Below the pieces are notes generated by a model. It saw only the letters and a program-made list of their open reading frames with translations. It was not told the origin of the DNA and did not search any database. A DNA stretch of 61,707 nucleotides, counting the filler. It is 3 parts of 3 records of this genome, joined end to end, with 100 filler letters (N's around TTAATTAATTAA, not from the genome) between each part and the next. Parts side by side here need not be neighbours in the genome. Positions count along the whole stretch, not along the records: positions 20,526 to 33,422 come from SRR31156797_4972; positions 33,523 to 61,707 come from SRR31156797_4982; 1 more part is not named here. One strand, written 5' to 3'. The stretch's first letter is position 1. Every line of letters starts with the position of its first letter. This document shows, piece after piece, positions 29,742-41,318 of the stretch. The position numbers and the translations under genes are program-made.

Positions 29742-29757
29742 TGCAAAAACTATTCCT
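29742..29757 (-). promoter_or_regulatory. Sigma54 (-24/-12) promoter of the nifV operon
   Basis: Minus strand AGGAATAGTTTTTGCA = GG-N10-GC, GGAA..TTGC form as in Campylobacterota; AAAGG RBS follows. Confidence 0.6.
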
Positions 29758-29800
29758 TAAAAAAATATCTTTTTAAGTGGGGAATTGGCACAATCTAATT

Positions 29801-30493
29801 ATGAAACTACAGAACTTAATTCACGGTAAACTAATCAAACGATATAAAAGATTTTTGGCAGATATAATTTTAGATAGTCGCGAAGAGATCACTGCTCATG
29901 TACCAAATAGTGGTGCTATGACTTCTACCATAGCAGATAATTGTGATGTATGGGTAAGCTATCATGATAATCCAAAAAGAAAACTCAAATATACCTTGGA
30001 GCTCACAAAACTAGATGATCAATATATTTGTACCAATACAAACCACGCAAATAAAGTAGCTATAGAAGCTATTGAAAATGGTACTATTAAAGAGCTTCAA
30101 AGCTATGATACACTCAAACCTGAGCAAAAATATGGAAAAAATAGTCGAATAGATATCCTCTTAGAAAAAGATGATCAAAAGTGTTATGTGGAGATAAAAA
30201 GTGTTACTCTTAAACTTGGTGACCATCTTGCTTTTCCTGATGCTGTCACTTCAAGAGGAGAAAAACATTTAAGAGAATTAGAGCAAATGGTACAAGATGG
30301 TCATAGAGCTGTGATGTTGTATGTGATCCAAAGGACAGATACACTTCCTTTTAGACTTGCAAATGAGATCGATAAAAAATATTATGAAACCTTTTTAGAG
30401 GTTACTAAAAAAGGGGTTGAAGTGTTAGTCTATCAATCTTCTATAAGTCTTGATGAGATCTCTATAAAAAAACCTATCCCTTTTACAATATAA
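29801..30493 (+). CDS. sfsA: SfsA DNA/RNA nuclease (sugar fermentation stimulation protein)
   Basis: KRYKRFLAD, AHVPNSGAM, SRIDILL, VEIKSVTL, FPDAVTSRGEKHLREL. Confidence 0.93.
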   Translation: MKLQNLIHGKLIKRYKRFLADIILDSREEITAHVPNSGAMTSTIADNCDVWVSYHDNPKRKLKYTLELTKLDDQYICTNTNHANKVAIEAIENGTIKELQSYDTLKPEQKYGKNSRIDILLEKDDQKCYVEIKSVTLKLGDHLAFPDAVTSRGEKHLRELEQMVQDGHRAVMLYVIQRTDTLPFRLANEIDKKYYETFLEVTKKGVEVLVYQSSISLDEISIKKPIPFTI

Positions 30494-30498
30494 GTTTT

Positions 30499-31305
30499 TC
30501 ACACAGGAGTATCAATATAAGCTAATCTATCATTGGTACTTTTTAAAGTCAAATTATATTTTTGTACCACTTTATCTATATCTATAAATGAATCATAATC
30601 AATACTCTTTTTTGAGTACATAAATACCATATCATCTTTATTTCTCATCAATTCAATATGTGGATATTTTGTATCAAGAATATGTTTTAACTCACCCATA
30701 AGCTCAGGTAAAGTTGGTTGATCTTTTGATATCTGTACATAATACTCTTCCACCTGATAATGGATATGATTGATACTAAGTATACTAATAAGATCCATTA
30801 AATTACTATGATGAAATACATCATCTTCAGCATTTAAAATAAATCGAAAGTTTTTTTCATCAAAACTAAAATCATCAAATGATCTTGCTATAATATGAAG
30901 TTTAGTACCTAACTCTCCATCACAATAATTACGTTCACAACGGGAGTCTTTTTTAAATGCTTTTGCTATCTCATTAAGTTTGTAAGGTTTAAAGATTCGA
31001 TAATGATGACGATCTTTTTTACACTCTTCACAACTTTTTTTATCACTACATTGTAGATTGTTATTAATAAATACGATCTTTTGAGAAGAGTTTATTAACT
31101 CTATTTTCTCTTTTAATTGCTTCCCAAACTTTTCATTGAGATCAAGAAAAACAATATCAAAATCATTAGAATATTCTTTATATTGAGTTATAAACTCTTG
31201 TTGGTCATTAAAAGATTCCACAAAAATACTGAGTGGTAATTTTTTTAATAAGTCACAAAAGTGATCTAAAGATTTCGTATGGTGATCAAATATTAGAACT
31301 TTCAT
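30499..31305 (-). CDS. Atypical receiver-domain protein with Cys-rich insertion
   Basis: MKVLIFD..FDIVFLDL..KIVFI..FKP receiver scaffold; CSDKKSCEEC and CERNYC. Confidence 0.55.
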   Translation of the reverse strand: MKVLIFDHHTKSLDHFCDLLKKLPLSIFVESFNDQQEFITQYKEYSNDFDIVFLDLNEKFGKQLKEKIELINSSQKIVFINNNLQCSDKKSCEECKKDRHHYRIFKPYKLNEIAKAFKKDSRCERNYCDGELGTKLHIIARSFDDFSFDEKNFRFILNAEDDVFHHSNLMDLISILSINHIHYQVEEYYVQISKDQPTLPELMGELKHILDTKYPHIELMRNKDDMVFMYSKKSIDYDSFIDIDKVVQKYNLTLKSTNDRLAYIDTPV

Positions 31306-31340
31306 ACTATGAATTTTAATATAAAAAAATGTGATATTTG

Positions 31341-31349
31341 TGTTATAAT
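31341..31349 (+). promoter_or_regulatory. Extended -10 promoter upstream of the MCP
   Basis: TGTTATAAT (TGn-TATAAT); AAGGAG RBS before GTG 31428. Confidence 0.45.
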
Positions 31350-31427
31350 TTTCAATATTACAAAATGCTATGGATTTGCTATATTATTTTAGTAAAATGA
31401 AGTAATTATTATGTAAAGGAGATAGTA

Positions 31428-33422
31428 GTGAAAAACCTATCTATAAAAATGAAACTATTGATAGCTATTGCATTTATTGTATTAGTTATGTCTGCAATAT
31501 TAGTAAGCCTTAGTATCTATGATATCAAACAAACTTCCCAAAATGATATCCAGATATTTAAAGAAAAAGCTTTTAGTGCAAAAAAAGATGAGCTAAAATC
31601 TAATGTTGACATCGTATTAAAAACTATTGAATCTTTTTATACACGGACACTTAAAGAGAAAGTAAAAGTAGAGGTTCAAGAGAAACTAACCACTCAAGCG
31701 ACTATGTTGGAAAATATATTAACTTCATATTATGAGAATAATAAAAACAATCCAAATGTAAAACAGCAACTTATTGAGATCGTTAAAAATAGTAAATATG
31801 GAAAGAGTGGATATTTTTGGATCAATGATCAAGATGCTATGATGGTTATGCACCCTATCAAACCTAGTCTAGATGGAAAACATTTAGCTGATCTTAAAGA
31901 TCCTAACGGGAAAAAGTTTTTTACTGAGATGGTTGAGCTCTCTAAAAAAAGTTCACAAGGTTTTGTGGACTATCAATGGCCAAAGCCAGGCTTTGAAAAA
32001 CCTCAAGACAAGGTTTCATATATCTTCACTTTTAAACCTTATAATTGGATCATAGGAACAGGCGAATATATTGATAATGTAACAGCTAATATGCAAAGAG
32101 ATGCTTTAAAAACAGTAGCACAGATGAAATATGGAAAAGAGAATGCAAAAAACTATTTTTGGATCAATGATAAAACGCCAACTATGATCATGCACCCAAT
32201 AAAACCAAGTCTTAATGGGACAAATATTGCAGGGGTAAAAGATCCTAATGGAAAAGCACTTTTTATCGAGATGGTAAAAGTGATCAACGACAAAGGAGCT
32301 GGATATGTGGATTACCAATGGGCAAAACCTGGATTTAATACTCCTCAAAACAAAATCTCATATGTGGCCTATTTTAAAGAATGGAATTGGATCGTAGGAA
32401 CTGGTGTATATGTAGATGATATTGAAGCTGAAATCGCTAAAATGGAGCAAGAAGCCACTGCAACAGTTACTAAAATTATTTTTACCTTTACAATAGTAAC
32501 TCTTGTATTACTAGGAATTGTTTTAGTTCTTTTATATATTGCTATTATGAAAAGTGTTATCACCCCACTTAACTCTTTAAAAGTAGGTTTTAATAAACTG
32601 CTTACAACCAATGATATTACTACAAGACTAGAGATCACGGAGATGGATGAGATAGGTGAGGCGTCTGAGCTATTTAATAGATATATGGACTCTATTCAAG
32701 AGGGATTAAAACAAGATCAAGTTGTTATTGATGAGATCAAAGAGATCGTTGATCGTGTACGAAGTGGATTCTTTGTCTACAAAGTAAAAAACACTGCAAA
32801 TAATCAAAATATCAATGATCTTAAAAATGTATTAAATGATATGATACAAACCTTTAATATGCAACTCTCAACGATCAATGAAACCTTGATGCAGTTTGGT
32901 AGAGCAAACTTCTCACATAAGCTTGTTTTAGAGAATGTTGGAGGGGAACTTGGAACAGTTATCACTCAAACAAAAGCTATTGGAAATAATATCTCTGAAA
33001 TCTTTGCTATGATCCAAACAAGTGGAGATGAACTCGCAAATAATATTATCTCTTTAAGTAGTTCATCAAATGACCTCTCAACTGCTGCAAATGAACAAGC
33101 AGCCTCTTTAGAAGAAACTGCAGCTGCTTTAGAAGAGATCACAAGTACAATAAGATCTAATAGTGAAAATATTACTAAAATGTCATCAATGGCAAATGAT
33201 CTTACCTCTTCAGCTACTACAGGACAAAAACTAGCCTCTCAAACAGCTGATTCAATGACACAGATCAATGAACAAGTTGCTGCTATTAATGAAGCTATCA
33301 GTGTTATTGATCAGATCGCTTTCCAAACAAATATCTTAAGTCTCAATGCAGCAGTTGAAGCTGCAACTGCTGGAGAGGCTGGAAAAGGATTTGCAGTAGT
33401 TGCACAAGAGGTAAGAAACCTA
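31428..33422 (+). CDS. Methyl-accepting chemotaxis protein with two Cache_2-type domains (3'-truncated)
   Basis: Two copies of [69 protein letters not shown]. Confidence 0.93.
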
Positions 33423-33522
33423 NNNNNNNNNNNNNNNNNNNNNNNNNNNNNNNNNNNNNNNNNNNNTTAATTAATTAANNNNNNNNNNNNNNNNNNNNNN
33501 NNNNNNNNNNNNNNNNNNNNNN
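33423..33522. other. Artificial contig-joining spacer
   Basis: 44 N + TTAATTAATTAA + 44 N, same design as 20426-20525. Confidence 0.97.
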
Positions 33523-33535
33523 TTTCTAGCATCTA

Positions 33536-34345
33536 TTAAAGCTCCATATCTCGACCGTAAACAGTATGAATTATCTCCCTCGCAGTCTCTTCGATAGACT
33601 TGTTAGTCGTGTCTATCATGCTCCACTTACGGTTTTTACGGATAAGCTCATAGCAGAACTCAACTTCAGAAAAAATCTTAGGAAGATTATTATAGTTGCT
33701 GGTGGTTTTATAGTGACGGAGCCTGGCTGAGCGCACTTTCTGTAGCGTTTCAGGATCCATAACAAGAAGAACAACCTTATGCTGTTCCACTGCGAAAACA
33801 TCCTCAGGGATAGGGATCTCCGGTACAAGCGGTATATTCACAACCTTATATCCCTGCTGTGCAAGGAAAAAAGATGTAGGAGTTTTAGACGTTCGGGAGA
33901 GACCAAGTATAACAAGATCAGCCTTATCAAGCCCACGAACAACCTTACCATCGTCATGTGTGAGAGTAAATTCCATCGCTTCAATACGCTTAAAATACTT
34001 CTCATCAACCTTACGCAGAAGTCCCGGTTTCTCTAGCTGAGGCTGACCAAGATACCCCTCAAGAGAGCCGAGAGCATTTCCGAGGAGGTCAACATGATGC
34101 ATCCTGTTCTCGGTACAGAAACGTTTTATAATATCTCTTAATGCTCCGATAACGAGAGTATATGCGACAAAAGAGCCGTCCAGCTTAGCGTGTTCAAGGA
34201 TCGAAACAAGCTGTTCCTCCCTGTCCACCATGGAATACACAGAAAATTTCACATCAGGTTCGCCAAACTGTATCAAACCTGCACGCATCATCCCCATAGC
34301 ATTTTGACCGGTTCCGTCAGAAATAATATAAATACGATCAGACAT
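33536..34345 (-). CDS. ppsR: PEP synthase/pyruvate-phosphate dikinase regulatory kinase/phosphorylase (DUF299)
   Basis: ISDGTG, YFKRIEAMEF..HDDG, GLSRTSKTPTS, DTTNKSIEETA. Confidence 0.9.
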   Translation of the reverse strand: MSDRIYIISDGTGQNAMGMMRAGLIQFGEPDVKFSVYSMVDREEQLVSILEHAKLDGSFVAYTLVIGALRDIIKRFCTENRMHHVDLLGNALGSLEGYLGQPQLEKPGLLRKVDEKYFKRIEAMEFTLTHDDGKVVRGLDKADLVILGLSRTSKTPTSFFLAQQGYKVVNIPLVPEIPIPEDVFAVEQHKVVLLVMDPETLQKVRSARLRHYKTTSNYNNLPKIFSEVEFCYELIRKNRKWSMIDTTNKSIEETAREIIHTVYGRDMEL

Positions 34346-34346
34346 A

Positions 34347-36308
<1,962 letters not shown>

Positions 36309-37505
36309 TTAAAACCTTCTGATCAGGCTGCCTTCAGGTGCGTCCAGCCCCTTCATGAGGTAAAGCATGCCCGGCTTTGTGTTCACCGCTTCGACGCCGT
36401 TCATCTCATAAATATCTCCAGCATCGATCTCAATTTCGTTCATATCAGGAGTCAGAACCAACACTTTATCGCCTTTGGCAAATTTAGCCTTAGACATTAT
36501 CACAACACCGTCTTCAGCTGGCTCCTCCACAACAGCGAGAAATTCTATACCACGCACGTAAGAAGATGTACCGTAGTTCATGCTCGTTTCGTCTGCCATA
36601 CCATTGTATGACGCCTCAGTGTACTCTCTGTGGCTAATGCCTGAAAGCTGTTTCATCCACTCTTCGCTCATCTCATATTCGCCGGAAGCAGCCGCATCTA
36701 TCGCCTGTCTGTACACCCCGACAACAACTGAAACATACATAACAGACTTCATCCGCCCTTCTATCTTAAGAGATTTCACGCCCATATCGGCAAGTTTATC
36801 AACATAAGGGAGCAGGCATAAATCTTTGCTGTTATAGAAGTATGTTCCACGTTCATCTTCCAGAACAGGGAAATGCTGTCCATCACGGGTCTCCTCAACA
36901 AGAGAGTATTTCCAGCGGCAGCTCTGGGCACAGTCGCCAGCGTTAGCATCACGACCAGTCATATAATTACTTATCAAACATCGCCCAGACATAGATATGC
37001 ACATAGCGCCGTGGACAAAAACTTCCACTTCACAATCTGATTTTTCGCAAATTTCAGCCGCCTCTTCACCTGTCACCTCACGGGCTAAAATAACTCGTTC
37101 CGCACCCAGCTCATGCCAGAAATCCACAGCGGAAAGGTTTGTAATATTCGCCTGTGTGCTTATATGAACAGGTATCTCAGGTGCAGTCTGGCGTGCTATT
37201 CTGAAAACTCCCGGATCAGAGATGATCAGCGCATCAGGCTTTATCTCACGGAGCTTTTCTATGTATTCTTTAACACCATCAAGCTCACCATTTTTAAGGA
37301 AAGCGTTGACGGTAACATACCCCTTCTTCCCTCTTTCACGGAGGTAGGCGAAAGCCTCTTTCATCTGTTCGAAATTAAAATTAGACGCACGAACACGGAG
37401 CCCAAAACCATCTCCGGCTAGGTATACAGCATCAGCACCGAATCTCACCGCCGCTTTTAATTTTTCAAAACTTCCTGCGGGTGCAAGCAGTTCCGGCTTA
37501 TTCAT
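36309..37505 (-). CDS. Peptidase U32 family protein (TrhP-like tRNA hydroxylation candidate)
   Basis: PELLAPAG, GADAVY, HISTQAN, HGAMCISMSGRC..CAQSCR, SLKIEGRMK. Confidence 0.88.
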   Translation of the reverse strand: MNKPELLAPAGSFEKLKAAVRFGADAVYLAGDGFGLRVRASNFNFEQMKEAFAYLRERGKKGYVTVNAFLKNGELDGVKEYIEKLREIKPDALIISDPGVFRIARQTAPEIPVHISTQANITNLSAVDFWHELGAERVILAREVTGEEAAEICEKSDCEVEVFVHGAMCISMSGRCLISNYMTGRDANAGDCAQSCRWKYSLVEETRDGQHFPVLEDERGTYFYNSKDLCLLPYVDKLADMGVKSLKIEGRMKSVMYVSVVVGVYRQAIDAAASGEYEMSEEWMKQLSGISHREYTEASYNGMADETSMNYGTSSYVRGIEFLAVVEEPAEDGVVIMSKAKFAKGDKVLVLTPDMNEIEIDAGDIYEMNGVEAVNTKPGMLYLMKGLDAPEGSLIRRF

Positions 37506-37506
37506 T

Positions 37507-38106
37507 CTATTTCCTCACAAGCATCAGCCCGCCGCCGACAGGGAGAAAGCTGTGCTTATATTCATTTTTTACTTTCTGCATGAAAGCACGCATGGTTTTA
37601 ACCACACTAATATACTTTGGAGATATCTCACAGTCCTGACAAAACACCTCGCCATATATGAACATGTCATCAAATATAATCGTACCGCCAGCCTCAAGCA
37701 TCTTATAAACATAATGAAAGACTATCGGGTACTGTTTCTTCATCGAATCTACAAATATCATATCGTAAGCTGACTTATTATCCTCAAGGAATTTAATCAC
37801 TTCTGATGATACAAAATCAACATTCCTGCCCTCACAAGCCTCTTCTGCATGTTTAAGCCTATCACTGTTATAGTCCACAGCAGTTATATGAGCATCCGGC
37901 GCACCGTTAGAGATGTAGCGTGTGGACACACCTATACCGCAACCGAGCTCAAGCACACGGCGAGGTTTTGCAACATATGCAAATGTTTCAAGGAATTTTC
38001 CTGTATCCGGTTCAACCGATGGGGTTCCTGTGAGCTTTGCTTCTGCGTGCATCTCAGATGCGTCCCAAAGTCCACTCACGTAGGGGTTAAGGATATTATT
38101 CTTCAT
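37507..38106 (-). CDS. SAM-dependent O-methyltransferase (TrmR/YrrM-like)
   Basis: RVLELGCGIGVS, YDMIFVD..KKQY, GGTIIFDD; directly upstream of U32. Confidence 0.8.
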   Translation of the reverse strand: MKNNILNPYVSGLWDASEMHAEAKLTGTPSVEPDTGKFLETFAYVAKPRRVLELGCGIGVSTRYISNGAPDAHITAVDYNSDRLKHAEEACEGRNVDFVSSEVIKFLEDNKSAYDMIFVDSMKKQYPIVFHYVYKMLEAGGTIIFDDMFIYGEVFCQDCEISPKYISVVKTMRAFMQKVKNEYKHSFLPVGGGLMLVRK

Positions 38107-38584
38107 CAATGCCCGTTATCTTATCAGGTGTCAGCTTGTTAGAAAGGCGTGCCGCAAAAGCAGGATTACTCTTACCCATAGCGGACATAACCTTACCCGC
38201 TGTCATGGCGTTCATCCGGAGGAAAAGCTGTACAGCCTTATCCATCTGCATCTTAGATATGATTTCAGCAGCGGATTTCGCCTTAGCAGAGCCGTACGCC
38301 TTCGCCAGCGAATCAAGGTTCTCGTCTTCAACCTGCTTAATCTCATCCAGCCTTGTACTTATTGTCTCTTTAAGCTCACGCAGGGCGCTCTCCTTCGCAA
38401 GTAGCTCTTCTTCGAGGGCATTCATACGTTCCTCTTTCCCTTTGAGCGTCTTTTCCCTCTCGTCAAGCTCAAGTTTGCGCTTTTCAAGCTCTTGTGCGAT
38501 AAGCTGTAAATTTGCAAGACTCTCAGCGTAAACTGTTCCGGTAATTACAAATATCATTATAAGCAAAATAGCTTTAATCTTCAT
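38096..38584 (-). CDS. MotE/YlxF-like flagellar accessory protein
   Basis: N-terminal hydrophobic segment, coiled coil, LAKAY..AK.AAEII..M...M....AGKVMSAM; follows fliJ. Confidence 0.75.
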   Translation of the reverse strand: MKIKAILLIMIFVITGTVYAESLANLQLIAQELEKRKLELDEREKTLKGKEERMNALEEELLAKESALRELKETISTRLDEIKQVEDENLDSLAKAYGSAKAKSAAEIISKMQMDKAVQLFLRMNAMTAGKVMSAMGKSNPAFAARLSNKLTPDKITGIDEE

Positions 38585-39002
38585 TCCTAGCACTCCTTGT
38601 CACAGCGAGTTCGTCTATCATCTTCATCTCTTCTTTATTAAGATACGCCCTGTAATCTTCTACATGCTTATCTTTTAATTTCTGCATTATCTTTTGTCTC
38701 TCAATAGCTTCGACAACTTTCTTCTTCTGAAGTTCGATGTTAAGCTCGAGCTGTTTTTTTATCTTATTGAGCTTACTCTTCTCTTTAGTCAGCTTTTCGA
38801 GATACTTATCATACATATTTCGAAAGAGCCCGTCAGCAGTTTCCCTCTCATCAACCTTAAGCTGGATAAGATCCTCAAGCTCTTTTATCTTAATCTTAGC
38901 ACGCTCAAGGTGAGAATTAAGCTCCGCCAGTTTATTCTTCTCAATATCAACAAGCCTCTCCCTGTAGTCGAGAACTTTTTGAAGTCGAAAATTTCTTCTC
39001 AT
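38574..39002 (-). CDS. fliJ: Flagellar export protein FliJ
   Basis: FRLQKVLDYRE start, EEMKMIDE end, coiled coil; coupled to fliI. Confidence 0.88.
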   Translation of the reverse strand: MRRNFRLQKVLDYRERLVDIEKNKLAELNSHLERAKIKIKELEDLIQLKVDERETADGLFRNMYDKYLEKLTKEKSKLNKIKKQLELNIELQKKKVVEAIERQKIMQKLKDKHVEDYRAYLNKEEMKMIDELAVTRSARNED

Positions 39003-40309
39003 CAGGCACTTACAATAGCTTCAAGCAGTTTTGTGCTCTCCTCGAACATGATGGAATCGTCTATCCCCTGCCTGAGAAATTTGTTTATCATATTAATCTT
39101 AGCGATCGACTCATCAATCTTCGGATTACTCCCTTTCACATATGCTCCGATGTTAATAAGGTCTTCCGCCTCGATATAGCTGGCAAGAAGGTCACGCAAA
39201 CGACCGGCATTTGCATACTGCTTATCGTCAACAATCTCTTTCATAAGTCGGCTTGCGCTGTTTAGAACATCTATCGCAGGATAGTGGTTTTTAGCTGCCA
39301 TAGCACGTGAAAGGACAATGTGACCGTCGATAATAGAACGTACGGAATCACCGATAGGGTCGTTCATATCATCAGCTTCCACAAGGACAGTATAAAGACC
39401 GGTGATATTACCTTTACCTTTCTTGGTTCCTGCACGCTCAAGAAGCTTTGGGAGCAGACCAAAAACTGAAGGTGTGTAACCTTTTGTGGTTGGCGGTTCG
39501 CCTACGGTCAGCCCGATCTCACGCTGTGCCATAGCAAAACGTGTAACAGAATCCATCATGAGCATAACGTTTAAGCCTTTACCACGAAAGTATTCCGCTA
39601 TCGCAGTACCGACAAATGCGCCAAGCTTACGGATAAGTGCTGACTGATCTGAAGTAGCGATAACAAGTACACTACGTTTAAGCCCCTCTTCACCGAGGTC
39701 ACGCTCGATAAACTCACGAACCTCACGACCACGCTCACCGATAAGAGCGATGACGTTAACGTCCGCATCTGAGTTTCTGGCGATCATGCCTAGTGTTACG
39801 GATTTACCCACACCTGAACCAGCAAATATACCGACCCTCTGGCCTCGTCCAACTGTGATAAGATTATCTATAGCTTTGATACCTGTTGATACAGGTGTTT
39901 TGATTATCTCTCTGTCGAGTGCCTGCGGAGGGGACTGATAGACATTCACAAGGTCGAAATCCTTGATAGGTCCCTTCCCGTCCATAGGGTTGCCGAGCCC
40001 GTCAAGGACTCTCCCTAGCAGGTTATCTGAAACCTTCACTGTATTACCGTAAGATTCGTTAGTCACCGTACTACCCGGTGCAATACCGTCACTCTCGCCG
40101 TAAGGCATTAGTACAATACGGTCATCTTTGAAACCTACGATCTCAGCGAGTATACTTCTCCCTTCGATGCTTTCGATACTGCATCTGGTTCCGATACCGA
40201 GGAGCGGACCGTCAGCCTCAATGGTGAGACCTACAATCTTTGTCACTTTTCCTTTTATCTGGAGGGAAGCCTTGTGGTCAACCCTCTTCAGTCGGGCTAA
40301 ATTCTTCAT
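39002..40309 (-). CDS. fliI: Flagellar export ATPase FliI
   Basis: AGSGVGKS Walker A, IGERGREV, DSVTRFAMAQREIGL, IDGHIVLSR; ATG 40309 follows AAAGGA. Confidence 0.95.
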   Translation of the reverse strand: MKNLARLKRVDHKASLQIKGKVTKIVGLTIEADGPLLGIGTRCSIESIEGRSILAEIVGFKDDRIVLMPYGESDGIAPGSTVTNESYGNTVKVSDNLLGRVLDGLGNPMDGKGPIKDFDLVNVYQSPPQALDREIIKTPVSTGIKAIDNLITVGRGQRVGIFAGSGVGKSVTLGMIARNSDADVNVIALIGERGREVREFIERDLGEEGLKRSVLVIATSDQSALIRKLGAFVGTAIAEYFRGKGLNVMLMMDSVTRFAMAQREIGLTVGEPPTTKGYTPSVFGLLPKLLERAGTKKGKGNITGLYTVLVEADDMNDPIGDSVRSIIDGHIVLSRAMAAKNHYPAIDVLNSASRLMKEIVDDKQYANAGRLRDLLASYIEAEDLINIGAYVKGSNPKIDESIAKINMINKFLRQGIDDSIMFEESTKLLEAIVSA

Positions 40310-41150
40310 GTATCCTTTCCACAAATTCTTCCAACATTCTTTCTATACTGAAGTTCATCTCACCTATGTTGGTGGAAACCTTCAGGCTGCCTTTTACGAC
40401 ATTGACATCCGGCTCTGTTTCATAGTCCGGAAAAGCCTCTTTCATGCTACTCACATCATCAGGATTAACAAGAAAAATAACTTTTTCAAGTTCCCTAAGG
40501 TGGCTAAGTGATTTAGAAGCTATTGATGCAACTACATTATCATTTATCTTACGCTCTTCGCCAACGATATCAGTGACCATGCTAACGAGTATCTCAGGTA
40601 GAGCTTCATCAAGCTGGTCAACAGCCTTGCTGAATACCCCGAGGCTCTCAATAGCCTGTGTATATGTCCCCTGCAAGCTATCGATATAGTCTTTCTTTTC
40701 AGCTTGGTAATGCTTTTCAGCCTCAGCTTTACCTTCAGCACGACCCCTTTCTAAGCCTTCCTGAAGTCCCTTTGAGTGCCCTTCGGTTCTAGCTGCTTCA
40801 AGGTCAGCCTCGCTTATAGCAGGAAGCTCAGGCTCAGGCTCTTCCTCTGGTTCATCCTCTTCAACCTCAGGTTCTTTCGGAGAATTTACAGGCTCTTCTG
40901 AAAATGCCTGCGGGTCAAACTTCTCAGTTTTTATACCCCTATCCTGAACGATGATAGCTTTCCCATCTTCTATATCTCTATCAAAGCTGAATGTTTTATG
41001 ATCGACCTCGCCCGGCGTATATTCCATTTCGCCGACCTTTTCGAGCTTTTTAGGTTTTTCACCCCTCTCGACAGTCTCATAAACTTTAAGCCCGAAGCTT
41101 TTCAGCTTTTCCGACGGTACAAATTCATCTTTAATGACTTTTTTAGACAT
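40278..41150 (-). CDS. fliH: Flagellar assembly protein FliH
   Basis: GxxxG repeats (EGHSKGLQEGLERGRAEG), VNPDD, position between fliG and fliI. Confidence 0.85.
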   Translation of the reverse strand: MSKKVIKDEFVPSEKLKSFGLKVYETVERGEKPKKLEKVGEMEYTPGEVDHKTFSFDRDIEDGKAIIVQDRGIKTEKFDPQAFSEEPVNSPKEPEVEEDEPEEEPEPELPAISEADLEAARTEGHSKGLQEGLERGRAEGKAEAEKHYQAEKKDYIDSLQGTYTQAIESLGVFSKAVDQLDEALPEILVSMVTDIVGEERKINDNVVASIASKSLSHLRELEKVIFLVNPDDVSSMKEAFPDYETEPDVNVVKGSLKVSTNIGEMNFSIERMLEEFVERIHEEFSPTEEG

Positions 41151-41199
41151 AAGTTACCTTAATGTATGACTAGTTCCAGCAATGACAATATAAACACAC

Positions 41200-41318
41200 T
41201 GATGAGAGATTTTGGTTATTTTAGCAGGAAAAGTGAGTGAAAAAGCGCAGTGTACATAAAAGTACATGAGCATTTTTCCAACGAACTTTGACGCACTAAA
41301 ATGCCAAAAGATCCATCA
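41200..41318. repeat. Nested palindromic (MITE-like) element between fliG and fliH
   Basis: Outer imperfect arms TGATG..TTTTGG..ATTTTAG / CTAAAAT..CCAAAA..CATCA; inner GAAAAAGC..TGTAC-ATAAAA-GTACA..GCATTTTTC. Confidence 0.6.

Noticed and set aside
29785-29800. TTGGCAC as a sigma54 -24 box for sfsA
   Set aside because: No TTGC at -12 (reads AATT) and it abuts the start codon
31800-32420. Duplicated DNA blocks within the MCP gene
   Set aside because: Explained by two homologous Cache_2-type domains in one protein
20526-33422. AT-rich middle segment as a genomic island or horizontal transfer
   Set aside because: Bounded by artificial spacers with genes cut at both ends; it is a separate contig
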